A stretch of 64,000 nt of DNA, taken from the NCBI GenBank assembly GCA_045644685.1, contig JAZRHI010000015.1, positions 76,095 to 140,094 of the forward strand. Direction: 5' to 3'. The position numbers and the translations under genes were made by a program. Positions 1-7,816 of the stretch are shown here, one piece after another. Below the pieces are notes generated by a model. It was not told the DNA's origin, searched no databases, and was given only the letters and a program-made list of their open reading frames with translations. Position 1 is the stretch's first letter. Every line of letters begins with the position of its first letter. This DNA is from Candidatus Onthomorpha sp. (GTDB taxonomy: Bacteria > Bacteroidota > Bacteroidia > Bacteroidales > P3).

Positions 1-932
1 GATTATTGCAAGAACTAATCAACACGAACTTTGAAGAAAAAATACTATATTGCACAGATGGAAACAAGGATTTAATAGCCGAAATTCTAAAACAAGGAGT
101 TGATCACTTGTTCTTTACAGGTGGATTTAAAACAGCACAATATCTCCATACCCTTTGCAGTGAAAAACTAATACCTTGCACGTTTGAATTAGGAGGTAAA
201 TCACCCCTTATTATAGACCAAGACTCTAATATTGCCTTAGCCGCAAAAAGAGTGTGTTTAGGTAAATTTATAAACTGCGGACAAACATGTATTGCACCAG
301 ATTACCTCTTTGTGCATAAGAAAGTTAAAACACAATTTCTTGAACTATTAAAACAAAACATTCAAACCTTCTTTGGCAAGGAAGCCTCAAAGAGCGAGAA
401 CTACGGACGCATGGTAAATCAAAAACAATACCAACGTTTGCAAGCCCTATTAACACAAGGCGAAATTCTCTTCGGAGGCGAATATGATGAAGCAAAGAAA
501 TATATCTCGCCAACACTGATAAAACCACACTCATTCACATCTTCACTAATGCAAGACGAAATATTCGGACCGATATTGCCTGTTTTAGAATTTGAAGACA
601 TAGAAAACGTAATAGAATTCATAAACCAACGCCCACGTCCATTAGCCTTATATTATTTTGGGACTAAAAACGCAAAACTTCTCAAAAGAACGACCAGCGG
701 AGGCGCTTGCATAAACGATGCAATTATGCACATAATTCCACACAAACTACCATTTGGAGGCATAGGTCAAAGTGGCATGGGAGCATATCATGGAAGAAAA
801 AGTTTCGACACCTTTTCCCATTACAAATCCGTGCTAAAAACCAATAAGAATTTCGAATTTACGATAAAATATCCCCCTTATACCATATTAAAACAAAGGA
901 TTATAAAACTCTTTTTTAGCAAAAAATTATAA
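1..932 (+). CDS. Aldehyde dehydrogenase (class-3-like), N-terminus cut by window edge
   Basis: Frame open from base 1 (track start at 6 is an internal TTG). Active-site motifs FELGGKSP and NCGQTCIAPDY. TAA at 930-932. Confidence 0.85.
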   Translation, partial: LLQELINTNFEEKILYCTDGNKDLIAEILKQGVDHLFFTGGFKTAQYLHTLCSEKLIPCTFELGGKSPLIIDQDSNIALAAKRVCLGKFINCGQTCIAPDYLFVHKKVKTQFLELLKQNIQTFFGKEASKSENYGRMVNQKQYQRLQALLTQGEILFGGEYDEAKKYISPTLIKPHSFTSSLMQDEIFGPILPVLEFEDIENVIEFINQRPRPLALYYFGTKNAKLLKRTTSGGACINDAIMHIIPHKLPFGGIGQSGMGAYHGRKSFDTFSHYKSVLKTNKNFEFTIKYPPYTILKQRIIKLFFSKKL

Positions 933-1011
933 ACTCTTTAATACTCGTTTAAATCCTTATGATTTTATTGCTTGCTTTGCTGAGAGATGGCTTTTATGCT
1001 AAAAGTCAAGA

Positions 1012-1116
1012 AAAATTCTCTTAGCTTTTTTGGATTTTTCCTAAGAAAAAAAATATTTTCTCTAAGAGATAATTTTCTAAACCTTAGGTTTAAAAAGATA
1101 AATCTAAGACATAAAA
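1012..1116. repeat. 21-nt-phased CTWAG mini-array A (5 units)
   Basis: Cores CTTAG 1020-1024, CTAAG 1041-1045, CTAAG 1062-1066, CTTAG 1083-1087, CTAAG 1104-1108, spaced exactly 21 nt. A/T-tract flanks. Lies between the convergent ALDH and M16 genes and abuts hairpin 1117-1145. Confidence 0.9.
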
Positions 1117-1145
1117 AAAGGGAACGGCTAATTGCCATTCCCTTT
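1111..1145 (-). terminator. Intrinsic terminator of the M16 peptidase gene
   Basis: Stem GGGAA(C)GGC 1120-1128 pairs with GCC(A)TTCCC 1134-1142, loop TAATT. On the minus strand it is followed by a T-run (plus-strand A-run 1111-1119). Confidence 0.7.
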
Positions 1146-1164
1146 CAATCTATTAGTTTTCCAA

Positions 1165-4002
1165 TTATTTGCTTGGTTGCATTGCTGCTGGTTTCATAGA
1201 AACTCTTACATAGCCATCGTGTTTCAAATACTTAGTTGCAACGGCTTTAATGTCTTCTATTGTTAAAGCATTTACTGCTGCTGTGTATTCTTCCAATGTT
1301 TGCATTTCGTATCCGTAGAATTTAGAACCTACTATTTGTCCTAACCAGTAGCCATTCTTTTCCATTCTTCCTTTTCTCTCTAAGATAAGTTGTTCTTTTA
1401 CCTTATTAAGATCTGTTTCTGTTGGACCTTCTGCTATAATCTTGTCAAACACTTCAAATGTTGCGTTTGTAAGTTTATCAACTGTTGTTGGGTCGCAAGT
1501 ATAGTAACACATTGCAGTTGTTTTTGCTTGTGGGTATTTTTCATAGCTTAAAGAGAATGAAGGAGAGTATGTTCCACCTAATTCTTCGCGTATTGTTTCA
1601 GTTAATTTGATAGAACAAATGTTGTCTAATGCGTTTGTAGCAAGACGATCGTTCCAATCGAAATCGTTTACGAAAGTAAGAGTCATCAATCCCTTGTTTG
1701 CTTCTCCTGCATATACAGTTTCATCAACGATTCCTTTTGCAAATGCAGTTGAACGGTCTTTCCAATTTTCTGCTTTCTTTCCTTTTAATGAAGGAAGTCC
1801 ACCAATGTATTTTTCAATCAAAGGAAGCATTGTTTTTTCGTCAATGTTTCCAACGAAAGTGAATGTAAAGTCAGAAGCATCTGAGAATCTTTCTTTGAAT
1901 ATCTTTAACATTTTGTCAGCATTCAATTGTTTTAATTGAGCTTCTGTTGGAATCATGATTTGACGTTTGTCATTAGGATACATTGATTTGATCCATTTTT
2001 CTTGGAATGCAAATTCTGGCATATTTTTCACCATATTGATTTGAGTTTTCATCTTATCAATTTCGCTAGCCAAAACTTCTTTATCCATTCTTGGTGCAGT
2101 GAAGAATAAATAGATGTATTGTAATTGTGTTTCAAAGTCTTTTGGAGAACAACTTCCTTCAAGTACATCTTGTAATTCGCCTATTGAAGGTGTTACTCCA
2201 AACGATTTACCTTTCATAAACTTCATTAATTGGCTGTGATCATAGTTTCCTATACCGCTTCCATCAACTATGCTTGCTGCGAAAGAAACATTCATAATGT
2301 CTTTATCGTCATACATAGATGAACCACCGTTTGATTCTGCGTAAGTAAGGATTTCATCGTTTTTGTAGTTAGTTTTCTTAACGATTACTTTCGCTCCGTT
2401 TGATAAAACGTATTCTGTGTAGTCGAATTTTTCGTTCTTAGTTGTTGATTCTACTTTTCCGCCTTTTGGTTCTTGTGCTAAGAATGGTTCTGTTTTAACA
2501 TTATCAACCCAAGCTTTTGTTTTTGCAGTTTTACACTTTTCTATTAGTTTTAAAACTTTGTCTTCTGTTGGTACTTTAATACCTTTCTTTTCTGGCATAG
2601 AGATTGTGCAAACAAAGTTTTCTTCTGTTATCCATTTTCCTATCAAAGCGTTTACTTCTTCTAAGGTAATGTCTTCCATCATTGCTTTTGCCCATTTGTT
2701 TTCAATGATTGCACCTGGCATTGGAGTTTCTTCTAAGAAGTAATCAACTAATTCAGCTGCTATACGGCTACTTTCTGTTTTTGATTCTTCTTTTGCAGCT
2801 CTTTCATATCGTTCTAATAAAGATTCTTTCGCTCTATCTAATTCTGTTTGTAAGAATCCGTGTTGTTGTAGTCTTCTATTTTCAAGCATCATTGCTTCTA
2901 ATGCTTCTAATACTTTACCTTCTTTTGCAACAACGTACATTTGGTATGCTGCAACAGGACGTGCAAGGAATCCACCATAGCCTGCTCCTGCTTGCATATA
3001 AGGACAAGATTTCTTTTCACCAAGTTCTGATAAACGTTCATCGAACATAATTTCAAATAGTGAGTTTACTAAGTATTGTTCGCGATAATCTCCCCATGTT
3101 TTAACGGCTTTTGCTGGGTGTTTGTAGAACATTTGAATTTGAGTAGAGGTTGCTTCTTTGTCTGTCGCAACACATACAAGTGGTTCTTTGTTATTGTCAA
3201 TTGTGTAAACAGGTCTTTCCAATGGAGTGCAGTGTTTTGGAGTCATTGTAAAGTAATCAATTACTTTTTGTTCCATTTCGTCTGCGTCAAAGTCTCCTAC
3301 AACAATTATTGCCATGTTATCTGGTCTGTACCACTTTTGATAGAATCCTCTAATGTCTTCATATTTGAAGTTTTCAAGGTTTTCTAATGTTCCGATAGGA
3401 AGTCTTTCTGCGTATTTAGAACCTTTTAACATTGTTCCCCAAGTTTTAGCTCTTAATCTTTCGCTTCCTCCTTGGCTCATACGCCATTCTTCAATGATAA
3501 CGCCTCTTTCTTTGTCGATTTCTTCACCTGTCATCAACATTCCAGAAGCCCAACCATCAAGAATCTTTAATCCTATATCAAATAATCTTGAATTGTCTGT
3601 TGGAAGTGTTACCATGTAAACTGTTTGGTCGAATCCTGTGTAAGCATTTATTTCTCTACCGAATACGATTCCCTCTTTTTCAAGGTCATCAATCATTGTG
3701 TTTCCTGGGAAATGCTTTGTTCCATTGAATCCCATGTGTTCAGAGAAGTGTGCTAATCCAACTTCATTTGCTTCTTCTAAAACAGATCCAGCATTTACTG
3801 CAATTTGAAATTCTGCTCTGTTTGCAGGTTTGTTGTTAGCTCTTACGTAATAAGTAAGTCCGTTTGCTAATTTTCCTGTACGAACTTTACCATTTAATTT
3901 AATTTGCTCGTCAAGATTAACTTTTGCTTTCTTGTTTTGAGCAACGCCTGTGGTGCTAATTAACAAACACAAGGCCAAAATTGAAAAAATTCTACTTTTC
4001 AT
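1165..4002 (-). CDS. Secreted M16-family zinc metallopeptidase (insulinase/PqqL-like)
   Basis: 945 aa. Signal peptide MKSRIFSILALCLLISTTGVAQ. HxxEH zinc motif in LAHFSEHMGFNGT. ATG at 4002. Confidence 0.85.
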   Translation of the reverse strand: MKSRIFSILALCLLISTTGVAQNKKAKVNLDEQIKLNGKVRTGKLANGLTYYVRANNKPANRAEFQIAVNAGSVLEEANEVGLAHFSEHMGFNGTKHFPGNTMIDDLEKEGIVFGREINAYTGFDQTVYMVTLPTDNSRLFDIGLKILDGWASGMLMTGEEIDKERGVIIEEWRMSQGGSERLRAKTWGTMLKGSKYAERLPIGTLENLENFKYEDIRGFYQKWYRPDNMAIIVVGDFDADEMEQKVIDYFTMTPKHCTPLERPVYTIDNNKEPLVCVATDKEATSTQIQMFYKHPAKAVKTWGDYREQYLVNSLFEIMFDERLSELGEKKSCPYMQAGAGYGGFLARPVAAYQMYVVAKEGKVLEALEAMMLENRRLQQHGFLQTELDRAKESLLERYERAAKEESKTESSRIAAELVDYFLEETPMPGAIIENKWAKAMMEDITLEEVNALIGKWITEENFVCTISMPEKKGIKVPTEDKVLKLIEKCKTAKTKAWVDNVKTEPFLAQEPKGGKVESTTKNEKFDYTEYVLSNGAKVIVKKTNYKNDEILTYAESNGGSSMYDDKDIMNVSFAASIVDGSGIGNYDHSQLMKFMKGKSFGVTPSIGELQDVLEGSCSPKDFETQLQYIYLFFTAPRMDKEVLASEIDKMKTQINMVKNMPEFAFQEKWIKSMYPNDKRQIMIPTEAQLKQLNADKMLKIFKERFSDASDFTFTFVGNIDEKTMLPLIEKYIGGLPSLKGKKAENWKDRSTAFAKGIVDETVYAGEANKGLMTLTFVNDFDWNDRLATNALDNICSIKLTETIREELGGTYSPSFSLSYEKYPQAKTTAMCYYTCDPTTVDKLTNATFEVFDKIIAEGPTETDLNKVKEQLILERKGRMEKNGYWLGQIVGSKFYGYEMQTLEEYTAAVNALTIEDIKAVATKYLKHDGYVRVSMKPAAMQPSK

Positions 4003-4024
4003 ACTCTTTGTTATTTAGTTTTTA

Positions 4025-4240
4025 TTATTCATTTAATTCATCTGTATATTCTAAAATATCTCCTGGTTGGCAGTCTAAAACTTTGCAAATGGCTTCTAAG
4101 GTTGAGAATCTTATGGCTTTGGCTTTCCCTGTTTTGAGATTAGACATGTTTGCAGGCGTTATGTTTACCTTGGCAGATAATTCGCCCAAGGTAATCTTCC
4201 TTTTTGCCATCATCATATCTAAATTTACTATTATTCCCAT
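4025..4240 (-). CDS. Small XRE-type HTH transcriptional regulator (YozG-like)
   Basis: 71 aa. KRKITLGELSAKVNITPANMSNLKTGKAKAIRFSTLEAICKVLDCQPGDILEY is the typical short HTH regulator that pairs with DUF2975 membrane proteins. Confidence 0.8.
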   Translation of the reverse strand: MGIIVNLDMMMAKRKITLGELSAKVNITPANMSNLKTGKAKAIRFSTLEAICKVLDCQPGDILEYTDELNE

Positions 4241-4246
4241 ACAACC

Positions 4247-4942
4247 TTAAATTGTTAAGTCGTTTTCTTGTTGTAGGCTTATGCCTTTTTTAAAGATATC
4301 TACCATAACGTAGAATAACATACCTATTAGTATATATTCCCATGAAATTTGAGAAAGCCCAAATTCAGGAACAATGTTTAATTCTTGTATTTGTAGGTAT
4401 GTTTTCAAAAATATCTTGTCTGAAATATATACTAAGAGTTCTAAAATAGGTAACACTATAAAACTAAACGATATATATTTCATGCGTTTTATGTTTTTGT
4501 CGGTAAAGACACAGTGTCCTAATGAAACTTCTCCTGATTTGAATCCTTTATAAACCGAGTTTACAATATTCCTTATTTGTATTATTTGGAATAAAAGAAA
4601 CAATATGCTTATGTTAAGTGTAATTACATAAAATAATTTTAAGAGAATGGCAGAGAAACTATTGCTATGAATATCTATATCGTAGGCTACTTTTATTCCT
4701 TCTGGTTTTAGATGAATTGTAACGTCTTTTAGATTAGAAGGAATCTCGCCTTGAAGTTCAATAGATGTGTTTTCGTTTTGTTCAATTATGGCATAGCCCT
4801 TGGAAAATATCTCATTATCGTTTGCAATGCCTAAAACAAAAGCAAGTAGCAAAATAATCAGTGATAAAGATATAAGAATTATAGCTGCATCGAATAGTAT
4901 TTTGATACTTTTTATTGTTAATATTTTCTTTTTTATATTCAT
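4247..4942 (-). CDS. DUF2975-like multi-pass membrane protein
   Basis: Track start 4963 is a TTG overlapping a TAnnTTTG box. First ATG is at 4942 (MNIKKKILTIK...). Several hydrophobic helices. 6-nt gap to the downstream HTH gene (the usual DUF2975-YozG pair). Confidence 0.6.
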   Translation of the reverse strand: MNIKKKILTIKSIKILFDAAIILISLSLIILLLAFVLGIANDNEIFSKGYAIIEQNENTSIELQGEIPSNLKDVTIHLKPEGIKVAYDIDIHSNSFSAILLKLFYVITLNISILFLLFQIIQIRNIVNSVYKGFKSGEVSLGHCVFTDKNIKRMKYISFSFIVLPILELLVYISDKIFLKTYLQIQELNIVPEFGLSQISWEYILIGMLFYVMVDIFKKGISLQQENDLTI

Positions 4943-4960
4943 TGATTCTTTAATTTGATG

Positions 4961-4968
4961 CAAAAATA
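4961..4968 (-). promoter_or_regulatory. Bacteroidota -7 box (TATTTTTG) for the DUF2975-HTH operon
   Basis: Reverse complement of caaaaata matches TAnnTTTG. About 19 nt upstream of ATG 4942. Confidence 0.45.
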
Positions 4969-4998
4969 TAATGATTTTTAATAACTGCCAAATTTTTT

Positions 4999-5016
4999 AC
5001 GATAAATTTTTATCGT
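4999..5016. promoter_or_regulatory. Palindrome ACGATAAA-TT-TTTATCGT, candidate operator
   Basis: Perfect 8+8 inverted repeat about 30-50 nt upstream of the -7 box of the operon that encodes the XRE-type regulator. No adjacent U-run, so it is not a typical terminator. Confidence 0.3.
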
Positions 5017-5050
5017 TTATCAATAAATATTTGTCTTTTTTCGGTAAAAT

Positions 5051-5572
5051 CTATTGTAAATAAAGGTCTATTAAACCTTCCGGCGATTTCACTTCCATTA
5101 TTCTTTCTTCTCTATTAACGTTTGTTATGATTTGGTCAATTATCGGAAGAAGTATTTCTTTGCCTTCGTAGTCTATTGATAGTAATGGCTGAGGTGCATT
5201 TTCATAAACGGCAGTTATTGTTCCAATATTGCCTTTTTCTTCATCAATAACGGTAAAGCCTATAATTTCATGGAAATAGAATTTGTTGCCTTCTAATGGC
5301 GGAAGAAGTTCTAACGGCAAATATAATTCTCTTCCGAGTAATCTTTCTAAGTCTTCATATTCTACTCCGTCAAATCTTACGATTGCTTTATTATTGTTAA
5401 TCCTTATACTATTTATTGTATATAATACTAATTTCTTGTTAATAGATACATAAACTCCGTCTAACTGAGAGTAATCTTGTGGCTCATCTACGTCAAGAAA
5501 TAACACAACTTCACCTTTGTAACTAAAAGGTTTAGAAATTTTTCCTAAATAAAAACAATCTTCAATTTTCAT
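5051..5572 (-). CDS. rimM: 16S rRNA processing protein RimM
   Basis: 173 aa. N-terminal LGKISKPFSYKGEVVLFLDVDEP-type RimM domain plus a PRC-barrel-like C-terminus. Directly downstream of rpsP. Confidence 0.85.
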   Translation of the reverse strand: MKIEDCFYLGKISKPFSYKGEVVLFLDVDEPQDYSQLDGVYVSINKKLVLYTINSIRINNNKAIVRFDGVEYEDLERLLGRELYLPLELLPPLEGNKFYFHEIIGFTVIDEEKGNIGTITAVYENAPQPLLSIDYEGKEILLPIIDQIITNVNREERIMEVKSPEGLIDLYLQ

Positions 5573-5590
5573 ATAATTGCTGTTTTTGTG

Positions 5591-5627
5591 TTAAAAAATA
5601 AGGCTACCTTAAATATAAGATAGCCTA
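5591..5627 (-). terminator. Weak hairpin / possible attenuator between rpsP and rimM
   Basis: AGGCTA 5601-5606 pairs with TAGCCT 5621-5626, plus 3 inner pairs. The minus strand continues TTATTTTTT. Confidence 0.4.
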
Positions 5628-5653
5628 TTGTTTATTTGTTCAATAAATATTGA

Positions 5654-6202
5654 TTATTCAGCTGGTGTTTCAGTTGCTTCTGCTGCTACTTCTTCGGTTG
5701 CAGGAGCTTCTTCTGCTGTTTCTGCAGCTACTGCCGCTGCTGCTTCTTCTCTTTTCTTAGCTATAGCTGCTGCTTTTGCTGCATTAACTTCTGCTTCTTT
5801 TGCTAAACGTTGTTTAGCGTCTTCTTTTTGTGCGTTTCTGCAAGATTCTTGTTTAGCAGATATTTTGTTGTTCTTTTCAAGTAACCAAGCTTCAAATTTT
5901 TTGTCTGCTACATCTTGTGTAATTGCGCCTTTTTCAACTCCAATTTGTAAGTGTCTTTTTAATAACACCCCTTTGTATGACAAAATGTTTCTTGCTGTTT
6001 CTGTTGGTTGAGCTCCGTTTTTCAACCATGTGCAAGCGCTATCTACATTCAAGTCAATAGTTGCAGGGTTTGTCATTGGGTCGTATGTTCCCAACTTTTC
6101 AATAAATTTTCCATCACGTGCTGCACGAGCATCCGCAACAACGATATGATAAAAAGGTGCTCCTTTTTTACCGTGACGTTGTAATCTAATTTTTACTGCC
6201 AT
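5654..6202 (-). CDS. rpsP: 30S ribosomal protein S16 with long Ala/Glu/Lys-rich C-terminal tail
   Basis: [42 protein letters not shown] is canonical bS16. A roughly 90-aa charged tail follows. Confidence 0.95.
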   Translation of the reverse strand: MAVKIRLQRHGKKGAPFYHIVVADARAARDGKFIEKLGTYDPMTNPATIDLNVDSACTWLKNGAQPTETARNILSYKGVLLKRHLQIGVEKGAITQDVADKKFEAWLLEKNNKISAKQESCRNAQKEDAKQRLAKEAEVNAAKAAAIAKKREEAAAAVAAETAEEAPATEEVAAEATETPAE

Positions 6203-6233
6203 TTTATTTCTTTGTTTTTTAAATTTAGGTTTG

Positions 6234-6241
6234 CAAAATTA
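6234..6241 (-). promoter_or_regulatory. -7 box (TAATTTTG) for rpsP-rimM
   Basis: Reverse complement of caaaatta matches TAnnTTTG. About 32 nt upstream of ATG 6202. Confidence 0.5.
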
Positions 6242-6266
6242 GTCATTTTATTTCGTTTACACAAAT

Positions 6267-7661
6267 TTATTTTGAAATAATCCAATCTTCTTCTGTTGTC
6301 CACGTTTTTTTGATGACTATGTTTTTGTTGTAAATAAATACTTTTTCGCTTTCTTCCAGTGTGTTAAAGTTTGCTTTGTCCCATTGTTTGTTACAATTTT
6401 GGTCTATTGCAATTTTCGCTTTGTAAGTGCCTTCTTTGAGATATTTAAAGGTGATTGTGTTGGTGTTTTTCGGCATTTGTTCTTCTAAAACTATCTTTCC
6501 TGCCATGTTATATAAGTAACAAATATAGCAAGCATTGTTTGAAATTGAGTCTTTTATGTTTAGGGTTAGGCTTCCGTAATATTCTGGTGAAGAGTTATAG
6601 AATTTGTGTTTGTATTCTTTGTTTTTTTGATTGTAAATGTTGCTTATGCTATTTGCTTTTATGATTATTTCATGTTGTTTCGCTACATCTAAATTGCTAA
6701 TGAAAGAATAGATTGTGTCATTCGTTTTTGTGAAATTTACTTCCGTAGTGTCGCTGTCTTTTATCAAAAGGGCAGGGAAGGAGTCTGTGGAAAGGGTGTC
6801 TTTAAATACTAAATCGTAACGTCCTTTGAAAAAGTCGAGGGTGTCTTTTTCGTATTTATTGATATGAAATAAAGTATCCCTTTTTTCTTGCTTAGAAGGG
6901 TTTTGTAAATTCTCTGTTTTTTCTTCAACAAAGGCGGTGTAATAGAATTTTTGTTTTTGAAGTCTTGTTTTTGCTGTGGAGTCTGGAAGATAGGGTTTAA
7001 GGATTTCGTTAGAAAATCCAATACCTTCGTTCGCTAAGTCGTATATTTTGTTTTGGTTTTTATCGTCTAATATAAAGAGTTTATATTCTCCGTTTGCAAG
7101 GTTATGAAATCTGAAAACGCCATTGCTATCTGTCTTTGTCAAATAGTCAGATGGGTTTTTCTTTATGTAAGTTGTGTCGAAATTTGAATACAATAGGACA
7201 TATTTGTTTGGAATTGCTGTTAGCTCAAAGGCATCTAAAATTTTTCCTTCGTACCATAGCGTGTCAATATGGTCGCCTGTGGAAAAGGCAAAGGAGAATC
7301 CGTTTAGGCGATTGCCTTCATTGTTATCTTTTATGGCATTTGCAAAGTCTATTATATAGGTTGTGTTTTCTTTTAGCGAGTCTAAGCCTTTTATGTGTAT
7401 GCTTTTGAGGTTTGAGGTTATCTCCGGATTTGGTTTTATTTGAGGAGAAATCAATACATTCGTATTAGGATTTTCTAAAACAATGTATTCGTTAAACTTT
7501 ATTTCGATTTCGTTTCCTTTAAAGTTTATACTGTTCTGATAAGGCTTGCTATCAACAAACACAGGTGGCTGATTGTCTTTTGGACCTCCGCTTGGAGTTA
7601 CAATCTTTGCGCAAGAAAATATCAGAAAACTTGTAAAAAATATCGCAACTAATCTATTCAT
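6267..7661 (-). CDS. Lipoprotein with bacterial Ig-like (Big_5/SbsA-type) domain
   Basis: 464 aa. Lipoprotein signal MNRLVAIFFTSFLIFSC. The SGGPKDNQPPVFVDSKP... segment is typical of Big_5 lipoproteins. Confidence 0.6.
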   Translation of the reverse strand: MNRLVAIFFTSFLIFSCAKIVTPSGGPKDNQPPVFVDSKPYQNSINFKGNEIEIKFNEYIVLENPNTNVLISPQIKPNPEITSNLKSIHIKGLDSLKENTTYIIDFANAIKDNNEGNRLNGFSFAFSTGDHIDTLWYEGKILDAFELTAIPNKYVLLYSNFDTTYIKKNPSDYLTKTDSNGVFRFHNLANGEYKLFILDDKNQNKIYDLANEGIGFSNEILKPYLPDSTAKTRLQKQKFYYTAFVEEKTENLQNPSKQEKRDTLFHINKYEKDTLDFFKGRYDLVFKDTLSTDSFPALLIKDSDTTEVNFTKTNDTIYSFISNLDVAKQHEIIIKANSISNIYNQKNKEYKHKFYNSSPEYYGSLTLNIKDSISNNACYICYLYNMAGKIVLEEQMPKNTNTITFKYLKEGTYKAKIAIDQNCNKQWDKANFNTLEESEKVFIYNKNIVIKKTWTTEEDWIISK

Positions 7662-7666
7662 ATTTG

Positions 7667-7674
7667 CAAAGGTA
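7667..7674 (-). promoter_or_regulatory. -7 box (TACCTTTG) only 5 nt from the ATG of the Ig-like lipoprotein gene
   Basis: The minus strand reads TACCTTTGcaaatATG, which implies a leaderless or near-leaderless mRNA if the box is used. Confidence 0.35.
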
Positions 7675-7684
7675 AGAAATAAAT

Positions 7685-7768
7685 TTCGTTTTCTTAGGTT
7701 TAGAAAAATATTTCTTAGGTTTAGAAAATTATTCCTAAGGATTAAAAAAATAACTCTTAGCTTTATTT
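7685..7768. repeat. 21-nt-phased CTWAG mini-array B (4 units)
   Basis: Cores 7693-7697, 7714-7718, 7735-7739, 7756-7760 (21-nt spacing). The fourth unit is the left arm of the 18-bp hairpin, whose right arm carries CTAAG 7782-7786. Confidence 0.92.
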
Positions 7769-7793
7769 GAGCAATATAAAGCTAAGAGTTATT
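7741..7793 (-). terminator. Strong intrinsic terminator of nhaD built from two inverted repeat units
   Basis: Perfect 18-bp stem, 7749-7766 with 7776-7793, 9-nt loop. T-run follows on the minus strand (plus-strand A-run 7744-7750). Confidence 0.8.
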
Positions 7794-7816
7794 GTAATTA
7801 TAATATAGTTTTTAAA

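Noticed and set aside
987-1199. 70-aa plus-strand ORF (…FFLRKKIFSLRDNFLNLRFKKINLRHKK…)
   Set aside because: It is mini-array A plus the M16 terminator read in an open frame. It has no promoter or start context and lies between two convergent gene ends.
5628-6011. 127-aa Ala/Ser-rich ORF antisense to the rpsP tail
   Set aside because: It is the complement of the GCN-rich codons that encode the S16 Ala/Glu tail. rpsP is canonical.
7691-7726. TTAGG / TTTAGG strings resembling eukaryotic telomere repeats
   Set aside because: The motif recurs every 21 nt, not every 5-7 nt, and sits in ordinary bacterial intergenic regions. The resemblance is superficial.
7573-7770. 65-aa plus-strand ORF (…RFLRFRKIFLRFRKLFLRIKK…)
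   Set aside because: It is array B read in frame (TTT CTT AGG TTT AGA AAA = FLRFRK). It overlaps the 5' end of the minus-strand lipoprotein gene. This is an ORF-caller artefact of the 21-nt (7-codon) period.
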